64,000 bases of DNA from Collinsella sp. (GTDB lineage: Bacteria; Actinomycetota; Coriobacteriia; Coriobacteriales; Coriobacteriaceae), in the NCBI GenBank assembly GCA_048291725.1, contig DBEZXW010000076.1, positions 5,733 through 69,732 on the forward strand, read 5' to 3'. A program made the position numbers and the translations under genes. Positions 54,016 to 62,315 of this stretch are shown piece by piece (positions within the stretch are counted from its first letter, which is position 1; each line of letters begins with the position of its first letter). The notes beneath the pieces were generated by a model that was given only the letters and a program-made list of their open reading frames with translations, had not been told where the DNA came from and searched no databases.

Positions 54016-55155
54016 TTAGCAGGCTAAATCGCGCAAAGCATCAATCGCGGTGTCAACTTCCTCGTCCGTATTGAAATACCCAAACGAGAAGCGGACGACG
54101 CCCTGGCGCTCGGTCTCCAGCGCGCGGTGCATGAGCGGAGCGCAATGGGCACCGGGGCGCGTCGCAATCCCCCACCCTTGCATAAGCGCGTCCGAGATCT
54201 CGGCAGAGTCGATATCACCCACGTTGAGTGAGACGATCGCCGAACGCACGGGCTGGTCAAACGCACCGTAGAGCGCAATGCCGGGGATTTCGCGAACACC
54301 GGCGAGGAAGCGCTCCGCAAGCGAACGCTCATGCGCCGCAATCGCCTCGACCCCGCCTTGTGCCTCGATAAAGTCGAGACCGGCAGAAAGTCCCGCGATG
54401 CCGTGGCCGTTGAGCGTGCCCGCCTCAAGGCGCGTGGGCCACTCAAGCGGCTGCAGCGCATCGAAGCTGTGCACGCCCGTGCCGCCTATGGCCCACGGAG
54501 CCACGTCAATGCCCTCCGCCACGGCCAGGCCACCGGTGCCTTGAGGTCCCATGAGCCCCTTATGGCCGGTAAAGCACACCACGTCAAGCCCCATGGCCTG
54601 CATATCGATATGCGCCGTTCCGGCAGACTGCGAGGCATCGACGATTACCAGTGCACCTGCCGCATGGGCCATGGCGGCCACGCGTGCAATGTCGACCGAG
54701 TTGCCGGTCACATTGGAGGCGTGCGTCACCACTACGGCACGCGTGTCAGGCGTCACCAGCCGCTCGAGCTCGTCGTAGTCGAGCGCGCCGCTCGCATCGC
54801 AGCCCGCATGCTCAACGGTCACGCCCCGCTCTACCGCCAAGCGATTGAGCGGACGTAGCACGGAGTTGTGCTCGAGCACCGTCGTGACCACACGGTCGCC
54901 GGGGCACACCACCCCGTTGATGGCGGTGTTGAGCGCCGCCGTAGAGTTGGGCGTAAAGCACACATGGTCCGCCCTCGGGCAACCCAAAAGGCGCGCGAGC
55001 TTGGCGCGGCAACCGTGAATCGTACGAGCGGCATCGAGGGCACCCGACGTGGCGCCGCGTCCGGCATTGCCGAGCGAGCACATCGCCTGCGTCACGGCAT
55101 CGATGACCGTCTGCGGCTTGTGCATGGTCGTCGCCGCGTTATCCAGGTAGATCAT
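54016..55155 (-). CDS. Class V aminotransferase-fold cysteine desulfurase / selenocysteine lyase family protein
   Basis: MIYLDNAATT..., PLP lysine in FTGHKGLMGPQG, active-site Cys in RPGAHCAPL. It is the short-N-terminus clade often found beside selD. The ATGA overlaps the stop of the upstream gene. Confidence 0.85.
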   Translation of the reverse strand: MIYLDNAATTMHKPQTVIDAVTQAMCSLGNAGRGATSGALDAARTIHGCRAKLARLLGCPRADHVCFTPNSTAALNTAINGVVCPGDRVVTTVLEHNSVLRPLNRLAVERGVTVEHAGCDASGALDYDELERLVTPDTRAVVVTHASNVTGNSVDIARVAAMAHAAGALVIVDASQSAGTAHIDMQAMGLDVVCFTGHKGLMGPQGTGGLAVAEGIDVAPWAIGGTGVHSFDALQPLEWPTRLEAGTLNGHGIAGLSAGLDFIEAQGGVEAIAAHERSLAERFLAGVREIPGIALYGAFDQPVRSAIVSLNVGDIDSAEISDALMQGWGIATRPGAHCAPLMHRALETERQGVVRFSFGYFNTDEEVDTAIDALRDLAC

Positions 55156-55403
55156 CGCACGACCTCCCACATATCAATCACCGTAAAGCCCTCGGTGGGA
55201 ACGCCCGCCGCGGCGAGTTCGCCGCGCAGCAGTTCCTCATCGGCAGGCAACGCCTTCCACGCCAGACCGCAGCCGGCAGCGACCTCCCCGGGTACGGGAA
55301 TCGTTCGCCCGGGAAGACCGCGCTCAATGCACAGGGACTCGCAGCCCATGGCGGCCGCCGTGGTGGGAAACGTGATGACAAGCGCCGGGCGCTTCTCCCT
55401 CAT
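55152..55403 (-). CDS. DUF3343 (putative Se/S carrier-like) protein
   Basis: Start at the ATG at 55403. MREKRPALVITFPTTAAAMGCESLCIERGLPGRTIPVPGEVAAGCGLAWK fits the DUF3343 pattern. Paralog of 26989..27399. Confidence 0.75.
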   Translation of the reverse strand: MREKRPALVITFPTTAAAMGCESLCIERGLPGRTIPVPGEVAAGCGLAWKALPADEELLRGELAAAGVPTEGFTVIDMWEVVR

Positions 55404-55422
55404 GGCAACTCCAACCAATACG

Positions 55423-56049
55423 CTACGGGCGCACGACGCGCACGGCCTGCTCCATCTTCTCCACAATCACGTACATATTCGTGACCTCGCCCACCGCGAG
55501 CTGGTCCTTAATGCCATAGTGATCGAGGCAGGTACCGCAGGTGAGAATCTCGACACCCTGCTCGGCCAGACCCTTCAGGTCGTCGAGCACCGGCGAGCCC
55601 TCGACGGTGAGCTTGGCGCCGCCGTTGTAGAACAGCATGGTCGCGGGCAGCTCCTCCTGCTGCGTCACGGCAAAGATAAACGCCTTCATGAGCTTGTGGC
55701 CCAGCTCGTCGTCGCCACGGCCCATGCAATCGGTGTAGACGGAAATGACGAGTTTGCCCTTGCCGGCGCTGGCGTCGCAGAAGGCAGCGCCATCCTGCTC
55801 AGGATCGGCCACGGCAACGGCGCCAGAGGTCGCCACGGCCACGTGCCACTCGGCGTCAGAAACCTTCTCGACCGAGGCCGTGCAGCCCTTCTCCTGCGCC
55901 ATCTTGGAGATGTTCTTGACGGCAGTCTCGTTATCGACCGAGGTCACCACGGCGCCCTCGCCATCGAGCTGCTTCAGGGCTTTGAGCGTCTTGACGACGG
56001 GCAGCGGGCAGGCATCGCCCATGGCATTGACTTCAATTTTGGTAGACAT
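55423..56049 (-). CDS. yedF: Selenium metabolism protein YedF-type (TusA/SirA-like N-domain fused to DsrE-like domain with CGTC motif)
   Basis: Start at the ATG at 56049. MSTKIEVNAMGDACPLPVVKTLKAL carries the TusA CPxP motif. The C-terminal ILTCGTCLDHYG is the CGxC redox motif. Sits next to selD, as is described for this family. Confidence 0.8.
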   Translation of the reverse strand: MSTKIEVNAMGDACPLPVVKTLKALKQLDGEGAVVTSVDNETAVKNISKMAQEKGCTASVEKVSDAEWHVAVATSGAVAVADPEQDGAAFCDASAGKGKLVISVYTDCMGRGDDELGHKLMKAFIFAVTQQEELPATMLFYNGGAKLTVEGSPVLDDLKGLAEQGVEILTCGTCLDHYGIKDQLAVGEVTNMYVIVEKMEQAVRVVRP

Positions 56050-56107
56050 AGCAAATTCCTTTCGAATAAATCTTTTTAGAACGGTACATAGCTCAATAAA
56101 CGTGTCG

Positions 56108-57157
56108 TTAACGGACAACGTGGACGGCAGGACCGTCTGGCACCGGCTCGTACACGCGACCGACGACGGCGGCGATACGTCCTTCGGCATGTAGACGGCG
56201 CGCAAGCTCATCCACATCGGCAGCAGGCGCCGCGATGAGCAAACCACCCGAGGTCTGCGGATCGTACAGCGCATCCAACATGCCCGGCTCAAGGTCCTCG
56301 TCGGCAGTCACGCGCGAGCCAAAGAAGTCCTGGTTGCGGTAGGCGCCGGCAGGGATAATGCCAAGGCGTGCCATGTCGAGCACTTGGTCAAAGAGCGGCA
56401 CCGCCCTCGACGCAAGCTCAATCTGCACGCCCGAGCCCTCGGCCATCTCGCACGCATGCCCGATCAGGCCAAAGCCCGTAATGTCGGTGCAACCGTGAAG
56501 CTCGAGCCCCTCGGCCAGACGGATCGGGGCCCCGTTGAGGGTGCGCATCGAGTCAAACATGGCTGCGGCCTCGTCCTGCTCGATGAGCTCGCCCTTAATG
56601 GCCGTGGTGATGATGCCCGAGCCAACCGCCTTGGTCAGCAGCAACGCATCGCCCACGCGCGCGCCACTGTTGGCGAGCATACGGTCAAGCGCGACAAACC
56701 CGCTCACGGACAGGCCGTACTTGGGCTCGTCGTCGTTGATGGTGTGGCCGCCCGCGATGGAGCAGCCGGCCTCGACGCACTTGTCGGCGCCGCCCGCCAG
56801 AATTTCGCCGGCGACCTCAACGCCCAAGCAACTGGGAATGCACAGCAGGTTCATGGCATGGCTCGGCCGCCCGCCCATGGCGTAGATGTCCGACAGTGAG
56901 TTTGCCGCGGCAATCTGGCCAAACAGAAACGGGTCGTCGACCATCGGTGGGAAGAAGTCGATGGACTGCACGAGCCCCAGGTTCTCCCCTACGCGGAAGA
57001 CGCTCGCATCGTCGGAGGTATCGAACCCCACGAGCAGATTGTCGTTATGCACATTGGGCAAGTCGCCCAGGACCTGGGCGAGGGCTCCGGGAGCCAGCTT
57101 AGCGGCTCAACCGCTCGCGGCAGTCATAGACGTGAGCTTAATCTGATCGTCAGCCAT
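56108..57157 (-). CDS. selD: Selenide, water dikinase (selenophosphate synthetase), selenocysteine-containing (UGA at 57107-57109)
   Basis: The track ORF starts at MPNVHNDNLLVG. Reading upstream in the same frame gives MADDQIKLTSMTAASG-U-AAKLAPGALAQVLGDLPNVHND, with the ATG at 57157 after GGAAGGGGG. The U aligns with Cys17 of the E. coli GCGCK loop, and the Lys is conserved. Confidence 0.9.
57063..57081 (-). promoter_or_regulatory. Candidate SECIS hairpin of selD
   Basis: UCGCCCAG-GUC-CUGGGCGA, an 8-bp stem with an apical GUC preceded by G (the same GGUC apex as in fdhF), 26-44 nt after the UGA. A smaller GGCUC-CCG-GAGCC hairpin lies at +12 to +24. Confidence 0.45.
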
Positions 57158-58367
57158 ACGAACCCCCTTCCAACAAATCAACGACTTTTAGTATACGCCC
57201 CAGGCACGCTTCCCAAGAGACCGCCGACGGCTCGAACGTCGAAGGCGGCGCCGCAAGCGCCTGCGCGATAGCATCTGCCAGTGCGCGCTCAAACAACGGA
57301 AGGTCGGCCGCCACGGGCGTGTCGACATCCGTCATACGCGGCGACGCCACCCACGTCACGGGAGCGCCGGGAAGCATCGCCTCCATCCAGGGACGAACGC
57401 CGGGCAAATCGGTCGCCACAACTTTGCAGCCGCACGCGAGGGCCTCGATCGTCACGAGCGGCAGACCCTCGTAAAACGAAGGCAGCACAAAGACGTCGGA
57501 ACTGCGGTAGGCATGCACGAGTCCATCGCTATCCAGGCGACCCGCCAGCTTCACCGGCACATCCGAGGCCGCGGCCAAGCGCTCGATACGCGCGTACTCG
57601 GCATCGTCCCCGCGACCGCCCACAAGTACCAAGCCAGATGGGCGGACGTCATCGTCAATCGACAATGACACGGCTCGAACCAGCGACTCGACACCCTTTT
57701 TAAAGCAAATCTTGCCCACGTACACAAGCGATCCCGGCCGCCTCGCCACGCTTGCGTCGCGGCAGAAGACGCGATGGTCGTAGCCCGTCCCAATCACGTG
57801 GATGCGATCGGCATCGACGCCGCACACCAGGCCAATCTGCTCAGCCTGCTCAGCATGGAGCGCAAAGACGACATCGAGCCGACGAACCGCACTTACGATG
57901 CGATCGCGCTCGAGCGCATGCGAACGCAGCTGGCGCAGATCGGTCGAATGGCACACGGCAACAACCGGCACGCCCCGGACGCACTCGCGCGCCAATGCGG
58001 TCACCAGATACAGGTGATGGCAGAGCACCAGATCGGGCCGAAACTCAGTCACCGCCCGATCGATTGCATTAGCAAATGCCCGCTCAAATGCCTTGAGCAT
58101 CGAAGGTGTCAGATCACGATAGCGTGTAGAGGGATAGGGCATGACATCGGACATACCGCAGATGGGAAACGGCAGCTCGGGCGACTCGAACGGTACGGCA
58201 AACACGGCAGCACGCCGGTCCAGCTCGCCTTGGGTATCACCCGGCGCCGCACCGCAAAGCACGGCGGCGCGATGCCCCGTCTCGATCTGCTCGCGCACAA
58301 GCGCGGCAAGGTAGGTGCCGCTGCCGGTGCTATCTGGTTTTTGTGCCGTGATATTGAGGATGCGCAT
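57150..58367 (-). CDS. GT4-family (GT-B) glycosyltransferase overlapping selD; candidate SenB-like selenosugar synthase
   Basis: Start at the ATG at 58367 (MRILNITAQKPDSTGSGTY). E-x7-E region is FVLPSFYEGLPLVTIEALACG. Its stop TGA overlaps the selD start (ATGGCTGA). The SenB-like call is inference from context only. Confidence 0.8.
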   Translation of the reverse strand: MRILNITAQKPDSTGSGTYLAALVREQIETGHRAAVLCGAAPGDTQGELDRRAAVFAVPFESPELPFPICGMSDVMPYPSTRYRDLTPSMLKAFERAFANAIDRAVTEFRPDLVLCHHLYLVTALARECVRGVPVVAVCHSTDLRQLRSHALERDRIVSAVRRLDVVFALHAEQAEQIGLVCGVDADRIHVIGTGYDHRVFCRDASVARRPGSLVYVGKICFKKGVESLVRAVSLSIDDDVRPSGLVLVGGRGDDAEYARIERLAAASDVPVKLAGRLDSDGLVHAYRSSDVFVLPSFYEGLPLVTIEALACGCKVVATDLPGVRPWMEAMLPGAPVTWVASPRMTDVDTPVAADLPLFERALADAIAQALAAPPSTFEPSAVSWEACLGRILKVVDLLEGGSYG

Positions 58368-58381
58368 GTCGCGGTACACCC

Positions 58382-59146
58382 CTAGGCCAAGGCGGCGGCG
58401 CGGACAGCGGCGCCGATCGCTCCGGCAAAGCGAGCCTGGGGCGAGGTGGTCACCGGCGATCCCAGTAGCTCGCCCAACCGCTCCACCACGAAGGCGTTCT
58501 CGCACAGGCCACCGGTCAGGTAGTACGGGGCGCCCGCGGCCTGCCCGGCCATGGTCGCCACGCGCGAGACCACGCTGTCGATCACGCCACGCGCAATGTT
58601 CTCGCGCGGCTCACCGCGACCGATCAGGCTGATGACCTCGCTTTCGGCAAACACCGTGCACATGCTGCTGATCTTGGTGGGCTCACCGGAACGCGCAAGG
58701 TCGGCCATCTGCTGTTGGGAAATACCCAGACGGTCGGCCATGATCTCCAAAAAGCGCCCCGTACCGGCAGCGCACTTGTCGTTCATGGCGAACTTGGCCA
58801 CGCGGCCACTTTTAAGCTGAATGACCTTGGTGTCCTGGCCGCCCACGTCAATCACCGTGCCGTGATCGCCAAACAGGCGCACGGCACCGGTACCGTGGCA
58901 GGTGATCTCGGTCACGACCTTGTGCGCATAGGGCACGGCGACACGACCGTAGCCGGTCGCGACCACGCGCGCGTCGTCGGCAGCCACGTCATAACCCGCC
59001 GCTGCCAGTGCCTCGCGCAGCCGCTCGGAAGCATCGACCGAGGAGAACCCGGTTGGCTGCACGCACGTCCACGCCACCGAACCCTCCCCATCGACCACAG
59101 CAGCCTTGGCCGCCGTAGACCCGATATCGATCCCGATCCCTATCAT
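58382..59146 (-). CDS. BcrA/BadF/HgdC-type ATPase (activase for 2-hydroxyacyl-CoA dehydratase / double-cubane proteins)
   Basis: IGIDIGSTAAKAAV, DVGGQDTK, and the cluster-bridging Cys motifs NDKCAAGTGRFLE and SMCTVFAESE are typical of the activase family. Confidence 0.9.
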   Translation of the reverse strand: MIGIGIDIGSTAAKAAVVDGEGSVAWTCVQPTGFSSVDASERLREALAAAGYDVAADDARVVATGYGRVAVPYAHKVVTEITCHGTGAVRLFGDHGTVIDVGGQDTKVIQLKSGRVAKFAMNDKCAAGTGRFLEIMADRLGISQQQMADLARSGEPTKISSMCTVFAESEVISLIGRGEPRENIARGVIDSVVSRVATMAGQAAGAPYYLTGGLCENAFVVERLGELLGSPVTTSPQARFAGAIGAAVRAAALA

Positions 59147-59301
59147 GGCTCTCTCCCAATCTAAACATCAAAGACAGCGGCGCGTTCAGGCGCCTTAGCT
59201 CTAGGTTTCTCAGGTGCCGGAGATTGCCCCGAAAGAGGAGCGCAGCGTACTTTGGGTACGCAAGCGACGGTTTGAGGGGCAAGAACCGGTGCCTGAGGAA
59301 G

Positions 59302-60465
59302 CTAGAGGGTTTCGATGAAGGCGGCGATGCGGGTCTCGATCTGACCCATGTCGCCGTTGCTGTAGTCGGTCTCGATCTTCATATACGGAATACCCGCACC
59401 CTCGACGGCCTCCTGCATACGGGCGCTCTCAACGTTGAAGGTGTGGCATGCCTGCAGCACGCTCTCCACTACGCCATCGACGTGATACTTCTCGCACATG
59501 GCCAGCGTATTTTCCATACGACCGTCGTTTGGCGTCATGACCGAGCAGTTGATGTCCAGGTAGCGGTCGGCGATGGCGCGCAGGATGTCGGGAGCCTCCG
59601 GGTCGACCATCATGGCCGCCGTGCGCTCGCCCGAGCAGTCGTCCATGCACACGACCACGCCGCCGTTGGACTCGATGGTGCGACCGATCTTGTTGATCAC
59701 GCCGCCCACCGGGCAGCCGGTGATCAGAATGCGCTTGGCATCCGCCGCGACCGGGCGCTCGCCCGCGTCGTAGGCTTCGCGCAGCTTGGCAACCTTTTGC
59801 TCCAGCTGCTGCGTATAGGCATCGATATCAAAGCTAAACGTACCGGCAAACATGGTGCTCATCAGGTCAACGCCGCTCATGGCCGCCGGCTGGTTGGCCT
59901 GCAGCGCAAACATCTCGAGCTGAGCCGCACGCAAGCGGTTGCGACGACGGACGGCAGCACGCAGGTCATCGTCGGTAATCGTGATGCCGTAGAAGTTCTC
60001 GAGTTCCTCCTTGAGCAGGCGGCATTCCTCGTACCAGCCCTCGCACTCGTAGGCGCGGTCGCGGCCCTGCGGAAGATGCAGAATGTGCGTGCGCTTGAGC
60101 TCATTGAGTAGCTCGTACATCTTCTTCTTGCCGTCGCAGGTGGTCTCGCCGATGATCATGTCGCTAAAGTACGTAAACGGGCACTTTTGCGAGTAGGCAA
60201 AACCGTACGTCGACTTGATGAGCGGGCACAGGTTTGCCGGCAGCACCTTCTCGGCCTCGGGAATCACCTCGTCGGATGTGCCGCACAAGGCCACACTTGC
60301 AGCGCCCGCGGCATCGATAATCTCAAGCGGCGTATAGCTGCACAAAAAGCCGACCAGGCGATTACCCGCCTGCTTATAATCCTTGACGCGAATAAACGCC
60401 GCCTTGCGTTGCTCGTTGAACTCCTCAAACGTGCGCGGCAACGGCTGTTCCTCGATTTCGGCCAT
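59302..60465 (-). CDS. 2-hydroxyacyl-CoA dehydratase-family protein of the double-cubane cluster (DCCP/YjiM-like) type
   Basis: Single 387-aa subunit. Start at the ATG at 60465 ([10 protein letters not shown]). Conserved Cys-containing segments are [36 protein letters not shown] and LQACHTF. No second dehydratase subunit is present. Confidence 0.75.
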   Translation of the reverse strand: MAEIEEQPLPRTFEEFNEQRKAAFIRVKDYKQAGNRLVGFLCSYTPLEIIDAAGAASVALCGTSDEVIPEAEKVLPANLCPLIKSTYGFAYSQKCPFTYFSDMIIGETTCDGKKKMYELLNELKRTHILHLPQGRDRAYECEGWYEECRLLKEELENFYGITITDDDLRAAVRRRNRLRAAQLEMFALQANQPAAMSGVDLMSTMFAGTFSFDIDAYTQQLEQKVAKLREAYDAGERPVAADAKRILITGCPVGGVINKIGRTIESNGGVVVCMDDCSGERTAAMMVDPEAPDILRAIADRYLDINCSVMTPNDGRMENTLAMCEKYHVDGVVESVLQACHTFNVESARMQEAVEGAGIPYMKIETDYSNGDMGQIETRIAAFIETL

Positions 60466-60541
60466 AGTAGTTCCCCTCTCTTGCGCCGATATACCGACAA
60501 TTAAACAACGAACCCACGCCATACCCAAAAGGAAGCATCCT

Positions 60542-61327
60542 CTAGGGAATGGCGTCGATAAGCTCCTGCGTATACGGATCGCTCGGGTGCGCGATCACGT
60601 CCTCGGCCGCGCCCTCCTCGACAAGACGACCGTGGTAGAGCACGCCAATCCGGTCGGACATATGCCGAACCACACGCATATCATGCGTGATAAACAGCAG
60701 CGCCACGCCCGTCGTGCGCTGCAGGTCACGAAGCAAGTTGAGCACTTGAGCCTGAACGGACACGTCAAGCGCCGAGACCGGCTCGTCGCATACCACAAGG
60801 CGCGGCTCGCAAATAAGCGCCCGTGCCAGATTGAGTCGCTGACGCTGTCCCCCCGAAAGGTCGTGCGGATAGCGGTCATGATGCTCTGCCAGAAGACCGA
60901 CCGAGGCCAGGGCCGAGAGCGCGCGCTCATGGCGCTCATCCGCATCGCGCACGCCGGCGATAATCAGCGGCTCCTCCAAAATGCGGCCGACACGGTTACG
61001 CGGGTCAAAAGCCGTAGAGCTATCCTGGAATACCAGCTGGATTTCGCGGCGAAACGGCTTGCGTTCGCGCTCCGACATCGTGGCGAGGTCGTGCCCGCGA
61101 TAGACAATCGAGCCGGAATCCGCACGCTCGAGACCACAGATCAGGCGTCCAGTCGTCGACTTGCCCGATCCGGATTCGCCAACCAGGCCATAGATCTCGC
61201 CCGGTGCGATCTCAAACGACAGATCGTCCACGGCGGTAAAGGCCTGACGCTTAAAACCTGAGCCCGGCATGGGAAACGTTTTAGTCAGATGTGAGACCCT
61301 AAGCAGGGCTTCGCTATCAACAGCCAT
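60542..61327 (-). CDS. Peptide/nickel (PepT-family) ABC transporter ATP-binding protein, OppF/DppF/NikE-like
   Basis: Walker [10 protein letters not shown], signature LSGGQRQR, Walker B LVVCDEP. Start at the ATG at 61327. Confidence 0.9.
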   Translation of the reverse strand: MAVDSEALLRVSHLTKTFPMPGSGFKRQAFTAVDDLSFEIAPGEIYGLVGESGSGKSTTGRLICGLERADSGSIVYRGHDLATMSERERKPFRREIQLVFQDSSTAFDPRNRVGRILEEPLIIAGVRDADERHERALSALASVGLLAEHHDRYPHDLSGGQRQRLNLARALICEPRLVVCDEPVSALDVSVQAQVLNLLRDLQRTTGVALLFITHDMRVVRHMSDRIGVLYHGRLVEEGAAEDVIAHPSDPYTQELIDAIP

Positions 61328-62312
61328 GGCACTCCCCTTTCTCGACAAGCCAGCATTTAGACCGGTCGCACGCATTCACGGCAAACAGCGGAGGCTCCTG
61401 CGCGCGGCAACGCTCGTCCGCCCGGGCGCAACGAGGCGCAAAGCGGCATCCACAGGGTATTGCCGTAAGCGGCGGCACCGTGCCCGGAATATCCGCCAGC
61501 GTGTCAACTCGCTCGCCTTCGAGCGGCGGAATGCTCGCGATGAGCCCCTGGGCATACGGGTGGCTCGGGCGCTCCATAAGGCCGCAGGCGTCGATCTCTT
61601 CTACGATTTGACCCAGATACATGACGTGCACGCGCGAGCAGATGCTCGTGACGACACCCAAATCATGGCTGATAAAAAGCACCGCCATGCCCTCGGAACT
61701 GTTGAGGTCGCGCAGAAGGTCCAAAATCTGTTTTTGAGTCGTCGTGTCGAGTGCCGTGGTGGGTTCATCGGCGATAAGCAGGCGCGGGTGTCCGGCGAGC
61801 GCCATGGCAATCATCACGCGCTGGCGCATACCGCCGCTAAAATCGCCCGGATACATGCCGAAGCGAGCCGCGGCATCTCGAATTCCCACACGCTCCAACA
61901 GCGATAGAGCCTCGTTGCGGGCCTCGCGTCGGCTCACCTTACGGTGGGCCCGCACCGCCTCGATAACCTGCGCACCCACCGTCATGACGGGGTTGAGTGA
62001 GGACAACGGGTCCTGGAAGATCATGGCGATATCGCGGCCGCGCACCTCGCGCATACGCTTGAGCGGGCGCACGAGCAGGTCCTCCCCGTCAAAGAGAATC
62101 TGACCGGCATAGGCCATCTTCTGTTCATGCTCCAATAGGCGCATGACACTCTGGGCAAACACCGACTTACCGCAGCCGGACTCGCCGACAACACCAACGA
62201 TCTCGCCGGCATCAATATGTAGGTTGAGTTTGTTGACGGCTTCCAACGCGTTGCCATCGCGGCCCACAAACGAGATGCAGAGGTCGCGCACGTCCAAAAG
62301 ATGCTGAGCCAT
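61317..62312 (-). CDS. Peptide/nickel ABC transporter ATP-binding protein, OppD/DppD/NikD-like
   Basis: GESGCGKS, FSGGMRQR, LLIADEPTTALD, and the C-terminal oligopeptide-transporter Cys-rich domain. Confidence 0.9.
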   Translation of the reverse strand: MAQHLLDVRDLCISFVGRDGNALEAVNKLNLHIDAGEIVGVVGESGCGKSVFAQSVMRLLEHEQKMAYAGQILFDGEDLLVRPLKRMREVRGRDIAMIFQDPLSSLNPVMTVGAQVIEAVRAHRKVSRREARNEALSLLERVGIRDAAARFGMYPGDFSGGMRQRVMIAMALAGHPRLLIADEPTTALDTTTQKQILDLLRDLNSSEGMAVLFISHDLGVVTSICSRVHVMYLGQIVEEIDACGLMERPSHPYAQGLIASIPPLEGERVDTLADIPGTVPPLTAIPCGCRFAPRCARADERCRAQEPPLFAVNACDRSKCWLVEKGECHGC

Positions 62313-62315
62313 GGG

